The translations under genes and the position numbers were made by a program. The notes beneath the pieces are model-generated. The model was not told where the DNA came from, searched no databases, and was given only the letters and a program-made list of their open reading frames with translations. Source: an uncultured Salinicoccus sp. (GTDB lineage Bacteria; Bacillota; Bacilli; Staphylococcales; Salinicoccaceae). From it: 64,000 bases of DNA. The stretch's first letter is position 1. Each line of letters opens with the position of its first letter. The DNA is taken from assembly GCA_947494965.1 (NCBI GenBank), contig CANLWV010000003.1:171252-235251 (forward strand), given 5' to 3'. This document shows, piece by piece, positions 50,307 through 58,481 of the stretch.

Positions 50307-51722
50307 CTATGTTAATATCAGTTTTTCATCTATATTCTTTGCCTTTAAAAATTCAGGGTTTTTTAATAATACATTTATAGTTTCTTTTAGGTATTTTTCT
50401 GCCAATTCAACTACTAACCATCTTCTCCCTTTTGAATCTGTTCTATATCTCTTTTTTTCTAAATCAATTTGTTTATTTCCATGAACTACTGCTGAACGGT
50501 AAGTATAGATAGCTTTCATATTTTTAAAAATATCTAGTTTACTTTCTTCTAGAGAGGATTTTTGCAATAAGAATGCACACCTCAAAGCTAACTTGTGTGT
50601 CAGTTCTGATTTCTCATCATCACTTAATAAGGATTCTAAACCAATTACTATATCAATAATTCTATCTCCTTCATTATGTCTATATAGACTATTCTCTAAT
50701 CTAGAAAAAGCTAATTGAATCTTCTTATCCTCACTATAAAATACTTGAATTAGTTTCTCTTTGACTTTATGAAGTTGATTTAAATTTACTTCTGGATACG
50801 ACCCTTTAGTCCAGTAATAATCATTAAATTGAAGAGGATACACTCCCTTAACGCTTCCTTTTAAATCTAGTAGATTTGCATTATACTTTTCTGCCCACCC
50901 TAAGGGTTGAGAAATTATTTGAGCATATCCTGTCAATATATCATTGATTCTCAAAACATTAAAAAATGAATCAATTAAATTTAGTGGATAACTTTCTATT
51001 GAATTAAAAGGATGTTCTGACCAATAATTATAATTATCTACCGCGAAACCTTGAATTTTTAAAGCATGTGTCGCTGACATAATTACAGCATCTGGAATAC
51101 TTTCAGAATAAGAGGTAATATTGGCCCTAGATTGTTGAAATATATCTGACATTTCAACTATAGACATCTGCTCATTTAATTCATAATTTTTTACCTCAAA
51201 CTTAGTAAATAGAATAGGGACATAGATGTTTATATCTAATTTTTCTAAACAAATTCTACTTTCCATTGGTTTATACAATTTTAGAAATTGGTCTCTTGTA
51301 AGATTATTTTCTTCCCCATATTCTAGTAAACTTTTTTCAATTAGGTCATGCATATTAAGTAAAACACTGATTTCCAAAACTTCTAGTGGATCTTCACCAG
51401 GTGGTTGATATACGTTCAAATATCTTTCGGATTTCGTTAAAAGAAATTCCAATTTTTCATATTCTTTATATTTAGTTACATCAATTTTATCTTCATCGTA
51501 ATTTTTGTTTTTCATTAAGTATTTGCCATAATCAATTGGTTTATCCGGTCCAAGCATAGATTTAGAAATTGAAGGGAATCCATTATCTCTATAACTTAAT
51601 ACTGGATAATTCATATAACCTTTTAATAATATTGATGATTCTTTAGAATGTTTTTCTAGGATTTCTTGAACAGCTCTATTAACAATCTCAAATGATAAGT
51701 CAAATATAAGTTTCTTATTCAA
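50307..51722 (-). CDS. large protein with C-terminal HEPN-like (Rx4H) domain
   Basis: 471 aa. C-terminal helical region IVIGLESLL...KLALRCAFLL...MKAIYTYRSAVVHG contains R409-x4-H414 (nt 50481-50498), resembling Apea/Abi-type HEPN RNase motifs. The N-terminal 340 aa are unrecognised. Confidence 0.5.
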   Translation of the reverse strand: MNKKLIFDLSFEIVNRAVQEILEKHSKESSILLKGYMNYPVLSYRDNGFPSISKSMLGPDKPIDYGKYLMKNKNYDEDKIDVTKYKEYEKLEFLLTKSERYLNVYQPPGEDPLEVLEISVLLNMHDLIEKSLLEYGEENNLTRDQFLKLYKPMESRICLEKLDINIYVPILFTKFEVKNYELNEQMSIVEMSDIFQQSRANITSYSESIPDAVIMSATHALKIQGFAVDNYNYWSEHPFNSIESYPLNLIDSFFNVLRINDILTGYAQIISQPLGWAEKYNANLLDLKGSVKGVYPLQFNDYYWTKGSYPEVNLNQLHKVKEKLIQVFYSEDKKIQLAFSRLENSLYRHNEGDRIIDIVIGLESLLSDDEKSELTHKLALRCAFLLQKSSLEESKLDIFKNMKAIYTYRSAVVHGNKQIDLEKKRYRTDSKGRRWLVVELAEKYLKETINVLLKNPEFLKAKNIDEKLILT

Positions 51723-52253
51723 AATTTTCCTCCTATTTTAAAATTCAATATTGAAATTTTATTTTATATTTTAAATTCTTGAGTATAAGCCTTAAAGTTT
51801 TATAGATGATATTACATAACATCTTTTCATATTCATTGAAATTATTAAATTACTTTTTAAATTTTATGTATCTAACTTTGCTTTCACCATCTTCTCCATC
51901 TCATCATGAGTCCTATATTAGTTTGTATTTTCTGATAATTGAATGTATATTATAAACTACTTATTAAGCACATGGAATTATAGTGATTTTTGGAATAAAA
52001 TTGATGAGGTTGAAAACATTAGAATCTTCCGTCACTAAACCGTATAAATATGTTAAATTTTAATCATTATTACAATTCTTTCATTTAAATTTTTTTCAAT
52101 GAGTATTTAAATGAATAAAATATTTCAAATCATTTAGAATCTTGTATTACATTATTTTTAGAACATAAAATGTAATTTAAGTCTAACTGTTTCTAATGAT
52201 ATAATATCATCAGAAACTAAATAAAAGATGGAAAATAAGTAAAAGGTGATTAT

Positions 52254-53546
52254 ATGGAAAATAATGAAGTGGAATATAAACAGGAAATTAATAATGATGA
52301 AGATTTTAAAGCAGAAATCACAGCTTTTTTGAATACCGATATTGGTGGGACAATTATTCTTGGGGTTGATGATGATGGCAATTCGGTACAGTTTGAATCA
52401 GAGTCGGATAAGACAGCAATTTTTAAAGAATGGGAAGAGAAGCTCGCAAACTGGGTTAGTGACTCTTTCGAACCTGAGGTAAGGCATTTAATTGATATAG
52501 AAAGAAATTTTTTTAATATAACAGTGAGTATACAAGGTGGGGACAATAAGCCTTACAGATTTAAAAATAAAAGAAAAAATAGTTATGATCATATTTACAT
52601 TAGGTCTGGAAGTACTAAGCGTAGAGCTAGTACTGATGAAATTAATCGAATGATTAAAAAACATGACTCTAATACATTCGATAGTTCAGTATCGAAGTTT
52701 CAAAATTTAAATTTTGATTACGTAAAAGGGATTTTCCGTGATTTAGAAAGATCGTTCGATGAATTAAGCTTAAATCTCAAAAAAACCCAAAATCAAAAAT
52801 ATAATTATGCTGCGTATCTTCTTAGTGAAGAAAATGAGAATGTTATCAAATTAGCCGTATTTGATGGCATAGATGTCGATTCTTTTAGAGATAAAAAAGA
52901 ATTTTATGGCTCGTTACCTAAACAAATAGACTATCTACTTGAGACTATTGATATCCATAATAATAAACAAGTTACAATTACTAAGTCCTCACAACGAGTA
53001 GAGCTCACTTCATATCCTGAAATTGCTTTACGAGAATCTATTATCAATGCTTTTGTCCATCGTGATTATACTCTAAGTTCAGACATAAAAGTTGAGATTT
53101 ATGATGACAGAATGACTATTTCTTCTCCGGGTTCAATACCTGATGGTTTAACCGTTGATGATATTAAAGAAGGTTCTAACCCTAAAAGAAATCCGGTTTT
53201 GATTCATGCTCTAGATAAAATGCAATATATCGAAAATTATGGCTCTGGTATTAGAAGGATTTTTTCTAGTTATAAAGGATTTAAAGAACCTAAAATCATA
53301 GCCACAGAAAACCAATTTAAGATAGTTTTATTCAACAGGAATTTCGTAGAAGAAATTGATAATCATTCTGATTCTATAGTTCAATATTTAAATATGAATG
53401 GACCAAGCTCACGGTTTGAAATTCAAGAAAACTTACATTTGCAAAAAAGTTATACTTTAGATTTATTAAAAAAATTACGTGATGACAATATAATTAATAT
53501 TGAAGGCTCAGGTCGATCTACAAAATATCGATTGAAGGAAAAATAA
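52254..53546 (+). CDS. COG2865-type AlbA_2 + HATPase_c_4 + C-terminal wHTH protein
   Basis: N-terminus EVEYKQ...ITAFLNTDIGGTIILGVDDDG...NKPY...IYIRSGSTKRRAS. C-terminal half RESIINAFVHRDYTLSSDIKVEIYDDRMTISSPGSIPDG...KRNPVLIHALDKMQYIENYGSGIRRI. Confidence 0.7.
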   Translation: MENNEVEYKQEINNDEDFKAEITAFLNTDIGGTIILGVDDDGNSVQFESESDKTAIFKEWEEKLANWVSDSFEPEVRHLIDIERNFFNITVSIQGGDNKPYRFKNKRKNSYDHIYIRSGSTKRRASTDEINRMIKKHDSNTFDSSVSKFQNLNFDYVKGIFRDLERSFDELSLNLKKTQNQKYNYAAYLLSEENENVIKLAVFDGIDVDSFRDKKEFYGSLPKQIDYLLETIDIHNNKQVTITKSSQRVELTSYPEIALRESIINAFVHRDYTLSSDIKVEIYDDRMTISSPGSIPDGLTVDDIKEGSNPKRNPVLIHALDKMQYIENYGSGIRRIFSSYKGFKEPKIIATENQFKIVLFNRNFVEEIDNHSDSIVQYLNMNGPSSRFEIQENLHLQKSYTLDLLKKLRDDNIINIEGSGRSTKYRLKEK

Positions 53547-53550
53547 TATC

Positions 53551-53936
53551 GGCTAACTCTTAAAATATTGATATTACTACTCTTTAGATGCTTTTCTTAT
53601 CGCCCGGTCCACCGGGCGATAATTTTATTTATATGCTACAACCCTTGATATCATTATATTTTAGATGCTTTTCTTATCGCCCGGTGGACCGGACGATAAT
53701 TTCATTTATATGCTAAAATCCTTGATATCACTATCCTTTAGATGCTTTTCTTTTCGCCCGGTGGACCGGACGATAATTTTATTTATATGCTACAACCCTT
53801 GATATCATTATATTTTAGATGCTTTTCTTTTCGCCCGGTGGACCGGACGATAATTTTATTTATATGCTACAACCCTTGATATCATTATATTTTAGATGCT
53901 TTTCTTTTCGCCCGGTGGACCGGACGATAATTTTAT
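53551..53936 (+). repeat. 77-bp tandem repeat array (4 full copies plus partial copies), each unit with a GC-rich hairpin
   Basis: The tagatgc unit starts at 53585, 53662, 53739, 53816 and 53893, an exact 77-nt period. Units 3 and 4 are identical. Each carries tcgcccgg-N4-ccgg(g/a)cga followed by taatttt. Confidence 0.9.
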
Positions 53937-53998
53937 AAATCTCTATTTATCTTGGATTTCACTAATTTCTACACTATAAAAATTACTGCTAACACACA

Positions 53999-54016
53999 CT
54001 ACTTGTGATAGTTTCC
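53999..54016 (-). repeat. degenerate SCC integration-site-like 18-mer (ISS4)
   Basis: Reverse complement is GGAAACTATCACAAGTAG. The segment taacacAcactacttgtgata is 21/22 identical to the ISS3 region. Confidence 0.45.
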
Positions 54017-54129
54017 CCATCCCGATATACGATAAAGTTTTTAATATTCTGATATAATGATTGTGAAAATAAAATTAATTGTATTCTGTACTACAAGACT
54101 TGATTCTCGAATTCATGGAGGAATATACT

Positions 54130-54960
54130 ATGCCACAAATATTTCTAAACGATTTGCTACGCTTTTCTAAAGACGAAATGAAAGAGGTTAAAATCAAATT
54201 CAATAAATCAAATGGAATTGATGATCCCATCGAGTTATTTAAAGAGAACCCTCATATTATTAACCATCAATGGCTGTTCTGGAGAAACAAGAGACGTTAT
54301 TTCAATGTCGGTCAGATTGCAATTTGTCTTGTACGATTATCATATGATACTTGGTTATTAACAACAATAAAAAGAGTCACTAAAGAACTCGGTATCTCAA
54401 ATGGAATAAATTATGAAGGGGAAGAGCTAGAGGGTTTTTCTCAGTATTATGGGCGTATCATAATAAAGTTCAAAAAGTCATTTCCTTCTCAAGGCCGATC
54501 GTACGAAGGACTTCATCAAGAATTGGTTGTACAACAAATACTACCTACTACTTTTGATGGGGAGGATTTCCCAGGTTATGATAAAGTTAAGCTTTCATAC
54601 CGACAGTTAGCTAGCGTCATAAATAGTGGCAAAAGAGATTGGATTGCTGCGTTAGAAAATCAAAAGGCTGTATATCTTATTACAGATAAATATAGTGGGA
54701 AATTATATGTCGGATCAGCTACAAGCATGAGTCAGATGTTGCTTACAAGATGGACAAATTATGTGCGTAATGGTCATGGAAACAATAAAGAGCTGGTTGA
54801 TCTGGTTAATAAAAATGGATTCAATTATGTAAAACAGAACTTTCAATACACTATCTTAGAGAATTATAACGGAAAAGTGGATGATAAAATTATCTTGCAA
54901 AGAGAATCTTATTGGAAGGAAGCTCTACAAAGTCGACAGTTCGGTTACAATTCAAATTGA
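54130..54960 (+). CDS. GIY-YIG nuclease-domain protein with uncharacterised N-terminal domain
   Basis: Start at MPQIF (GGAGGAA RBS). C-terminal GIY-YIG: AVYLITDKYSGKLYVGSA...R...NGHG...ESYWKEAL...FGYN. Confidence 0.65.
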   Translation: MPQIFLNDLLRFSKDEMKEVKIKFNKSNGIDDPIELFKENPHIINHQWLFWRNKRRYFNVGQIAICLVRLSYDTWLLTTIKRVTKELGISNGINYEGEELEGFSQYYGRIIIKFKKSFPSQGRSYEGLHQELVVQQILPTTFDGEDFPGYDKVKLSYRQLASVINSGKRDWIAALENQKAVYLITDKYSGKLYVGSATSMSQMLLTRWTNYVRNGHGNNKELVDLVNKNGFNYVKQNFQYTILENYNGKVDDKIILQRESYWKEALQSRQFGYNSN

Positions 54961-55108
54961 GATTCGTACCATCCATATAACTATTGATGATTTGGATTAA
55001 GATAAAGAATGAATCAAAACATATAAAAAAACTATCCAGTAGTCCATTTAATGCTTCAATCAGTCGTTAATGTGAAGCATTAAAGTAAGTCTCTTTTCTA
55101 TTAATATA

Positions 55109-55642
55109 TTAATACTTATCCAGTATTCTCCTCCATTCATTTTGTGCATCCTGATCTTTCGATACTATAAATTGAACGGTCGGGTTGAGAGACCCAACAG
55201 TCCCATCATCATCATATTCACCAAAACCTGTAGATGATCCTACATTTTCTTTTTTCCCAATCAATTCATATACAACACCATTATCTGCTAGCATGTACTT
55301 ATATATGTTCGTGTTTTCTACAGCTAATCTGTTGTATCCCTCTGCAATTCCAGGTGTGGGAGCCGTTTCGTCTCTTCCATAATCACCACTCAAAGGTGTA
55401 TAGAATACGACACCACCAATAGCATGTATGTCAAAGCTTTCAAATCCGGGATTATCAAGATTTTGGACTTGAACTTGCCCATCTGGTGTTAGGGCGTACC
55501 AATCACCACTTCCAGCTGCACCATGTTGAAAGTAAAAAGTTGTGACGGCTAGGTTGCCTATTTTTGCACGATCTACTGCCCAATTAAAAAATTCTTCCGT
55601 CATCATCCGTTTTTCTTCCGAGGTGTACTCTTTTACTGACAT
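55109..55642 (-). CDS. hypothetical protein (possibly a 5'-truncated lipoprotein)
   Basis: 177-aa ORF. The in-frame upstream sequence reads like an acidic lipoprotein linker (NAVKESTLNEASTDEESVEVNDD) but is closed by a stop with no signal peptide. Confidence 0.4.
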   Translation of the reverse strand: MSVKEYTSEEKRMMTEEFFNWAVDRAKIGNLAVTTFYFQHGAAGSGDWYALTPDGQVQVQNLDNPGFESFDIHAIGGVVFYTPLSGDYGRDETAPTPGIAEGYNRLAVENTNIYKYMLADNGVVYELIGKKENVGSSTGFGEYDDDGTVGSLNPTVQFIVSKDQDAQNEWRRILDKY

Positions 55643-55785
55643 TTCTATGTCGTCATTTACCTCAACACTTTCTTCATCTGTGCTCGCCTCATTTAGTGTT
55701 GATTCCTTTACAGCATTCTACCTTGCGGTCTACCTACATGCGGTCTATGATAACGTTACATAAACAAGACTATTAACTCACGCTA

Positions 55786-56130
55786 TCAAATATCTATATT
55801 TTCTTTTTCTAGCATATAATTACATCTACTACATTTATTAGTATCAATAGCTATACTCATTTCATTCCACTCAATTCTTTCAGCACATAATTCACATTCA
55901 TGAATATAGTAATTATTCAATCCTCGTGAAATTACTTCAAGTTGCTTATTAGACAAAGAATTTACCCCATTGTCTATTGCATACTTGATGGAACCACTGG
56001 CACTTTCATGGAAATCAACCAAAACTCCTAATCTTTTCAACTCTACTAAATACTCTTTAAATTCTGCTGCTTCCCCATCACTCATATTTACTAATCGTTC
56101 ATAAATCTGCGTTACATCTTTATTTAACAT
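55786..56130 (-). CDS. small protein with C-terminal CxxC...CxxC zinc ribbon
   Basis: 114 aa with HECELCAERIEW...NKCSRCNY. Confidence 0.45.
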   Translation of the reverse strand: MLNKDVTQIYERLVNMSDGEAAEFKEYLVELKRLGVLVDFHESASGSIKYAIDNGVNSLSNKQLEVISRGLNNYYIHECELCAERIEWNEMSIAIDTNKCSRCNYMLEKENIDI

Positions 56131-56245
56131 CTAACCACTCCCTATAATATATTTTACTAAATGCTGTAATTTGTTTTATATTAACAATGTTTGTAATGAT
56201 AAGTAAAATAAATATATATAATATAATTGAACTATCTAACAGGAG

Positions 56246-57802
56246 ATGAAGATGATGGACGTCTCATATGAAAATTCAAATCCCCTAAAACTGATTTGCG
56301 AGTTCGTCAACAAAAATAGCAATATATATATATTAGAAGAATGGATTAAGGACTCAGAAAGAATAAATGTCTGTTTTTCTGATACTAATGCTGCGTTAGC
56401 TGACTCACTCTACTTCAAAGTGAGTGATATACCTCACATTTTAAAATTAGATACAAATCCAGAATCGATTGGCAAAGATGAAAAAACAGAAAGTATTCAA
56501 TTTTTTTGTAACAGGTATATAAACCTCCTCAAAGAATATATGACAAATGAACTAATCAATGAAAAGAGATACTCTAATCGAATGGATAAATCTCGACTCC
56601 TCATGGCGATAGGCCGGTTTCGTGAATATATAATGGAGGAGGTAGATATACACGGACAAAAGCTATATGAGACTCTTCGAGATGATGATGATGACTCCAT
56701 TCACAAAGAGGTTGAACTTCTCAATATGGAATATTCATTATCGGATCAGAACGTCCAGATAGAGGAAGAAGCGCTATTCCGATTAGTATGCGCACCATAC
56801 ATTCGCAACATTGAAGAAGAGCAAGATAACGATAGAGATAAAACTAAAACGCATAAAAATAATCAAGAACCAATTGAAAACTCCGATATGCTAAGGTCTC
56901 TCACCATCCCGAAGATGGAAGCTACAGAAGATACGTCAATTTACGAGTTAGATTGTAAAAATGGACAAATAAAATCTGAGAATTACCTCGATGCATCCGG
57001 CCTCAATGGATATATAAAGAAATTATTGGAAATTCACTTAAAACACCATATTGATAGGCTTGGTAAAAATGGAAAAATACCTAAAAGAAAGATTTACAGT
57101 GAATATGGTGTTACACCCAGCTTATTAGGTAGCACAAATAAGACTTCAGATGAAGTCAGACAGTATGATGAAGACATCAAGCATATAGAAAATGAGTTGG
57201 ATATTGCCCAAGTCATAATGATTTCTTTTCTGATGTACCTCAGATACAAAGGTCGTCACGAAATCGAAGAATCAAGTAAATTCAGTAAAACCACAAAGCT
57301 ACATCAAGTCATCAATTTTCCAAATTCTGATATTACTGTCCCATCACATTTCATTGAAGAGTTACAAGAAGAAATTAAAGCGTACGCACAAGAAACTAAA
57401 ATATCTACTGATGAGCACGATAAAAGCGATTCAAAATTAGTTAAGTTGATAGAGTCTTTTCTCCTATCGCGGTTTGGTCTCCCATCTTTAAATGACTACA
57501 ACAATTTTTCACGACTAATTGATTTTATCCAGTACAATGTCAAAGGTTTACTAATTGATGAGTCAGATCACATATCATTACTAGGCATTGATTCATTAAT
57601 CTGCAATATTACTTCAGCTTATAACACATGGTTGGAGACCTTACATTCTAATGATACCTCTATCCATTACGAAACACTTTACAATGATGATATCGAGAAA
57701 GTTCATTCATCTTTAAACATTTCTCAGGAGAACGTTGAACCTCTCTTCGATACATCTTCACAAGATTCATTTATAAAACAGAGGTTTCGTGCTTTGCTAT
57801 AA
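56246..57802 (+). CDS. large hypothetical protein upstream of the ccr gene complex
   Basis: 518-aa ORF (the true start may be the ATG at 56252). Its position, size and direction match the conserved large ORF seen upstream of cch in SCC elements, but this is positional inference only. Confidence 0.5.
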   Translation: MKMMDVSYENSNPLKLICEFVNKNSNIYILEEWIKDSERINVCFSDTNAALADSLYFKVSDIPHILKLDTNPESIGKDEKTESIQFFCNRYINLLKEYMTNELINEKRYSNRMDKSRLLMAIGRFREYIMEEVDIHGQKLYETLRDDDDDSIHKEVELLNMEYSLSDQNVQIEEEALFRLVCAPYIRNIEEEQDNDRDKTKTHKNNQEPIENSDMLRSLTIPKMEATEDTSIYELDCKNGQIKSENYLDASGLNGYIKKLLEIHLKHHIDRLGKNGKIPKRKIYSEYGVTPSLLGSTNKTSDEVRQYDEDIKHIENELDIAQVIMISFLMYLRYKGRHEIEESSKFSKTTKLHQVINFPNSDITVPSHFIEELQEEIKAYAQETKISTDEHDKSDSKLVKLIESFLLSRFGLPSLNDYNNFSRLIDFIQYNVKGLLIDESDHISLLGIDSLICNITSAYNTWLETLHSNDTSIHYETLYNDDIEKVHSSLNISQENVEPLFDTSSQDSFIKQRFRALL

Positions 57803-57808
57803 AATTTT

Positions 57809-57842
57809 CCCCTACCCTGGACTCCAGGGTAGGGGATTTTTT
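57809..57842 (+). terminator. rho-independent terminator
   Basis: cccctaccctgg / ccagggtagggg plus TTTTTT. Confidence 0.85.
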
Positions 57843-57932
57843 GCATTTTCAAAATTATAGACTATATACATAGCAAAGCAAGGACATGGTTCATGTTCTT
57901 AATACAGTTGCTATTAGGAAGGAGGCACCCAC

Positions 57933-58181
57933 ATGTGGAAACATACAAAAACACCTTTGACTCCAGAGCAACAAAGAGTTTACCCGATCATGATTGCACT
58001 GGCATACCGGTGGAGGGGCAGAACCTACACTACTGCTGATTTGTTGGATAAGATACCAAACCAACTAGGAAGATATGAGAAAAGTCGGCTTGGGCGAAGG
58101 TTCGCAAGATATGCAACTAAACACCCTCAATCATTCCAAATTATTAGGAGCAACGGGAACCACAGGTACTACACTAAGTAG
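57933..58181 (+). CDS. small basic wHTH-like protein (LP1413/DUF1413-like position)
   Basis: 82 aa with a strong GGAAGGAGG RBS. It lies upstream of cch, where SCC elements encode the LP1413 ssDNA-binding partner. The assignment is positional. Confidence 0.4.
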   Translation: MWKHTKTPLTPEQQRVYPIMIALAYRWRGRTYTTADLLDKIPNQLGRYEKSRLGRRFARYATKHPQSFQIIRSNGNHRYYTK

Positions 58182-58319
58182 TTCTATATGCTCCAGGTTT
58201 AGCGTTATATGTTCATACATTCGGTACCTTGAAAACTGAATACAGCATTTCAATAAGAGCGTTTCTCCTTGCCTATCAAGTCAGGGAGAGATGCTTCAAC
58301 TTCAAAGGAGAAGATTATT

Positions 58320-58481
58320 ATGAAAATAAATGTAATATTATATATAAATCCCAGTCAGAGCAAACAGAGGGACAATAAAGTTATAATCTATAGCCCAGAA
58401 GCTACTGTAATGGCCAGTAACCTGGTGGTTCAATCAGAAATCGTTTCCAAAGTTCTCGCATTTAAGGACGGTTGTAACTAA
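58320..58481 (+). CDS. 53-aa ORF abutting the cch start
   Basis: AAGGAG RBS 9 nt upstream of the ATG at 58320. Its TAA stop is immediately followed by the cch ATG (58482). Confidence 0.3.
   Translation: MKINVILYINPSQSKQRDNKVIIYSPEATVMASNLVVQSEIVSKVLAFKDGCN

Larger units (their letters stand above)
48894..53998. mobile_element. ccr-less SCC-like cassette bounded by ISS3 and ISS4, carrying a candidate defence module
   Basis: Same-orientation ISS-like repeats at both ends. Very AT-rich, three large ORFs and a terminal tandem repeat array. Confidence 0.5.

Noticed and set aside
53551-53936. Possible CRISPR array
   Set aside because: The 77-bp units are contiguous tandem copies with no unique spacers, and no cas genes are nearby. 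This is a tandem repeat, not a CRISPR array.
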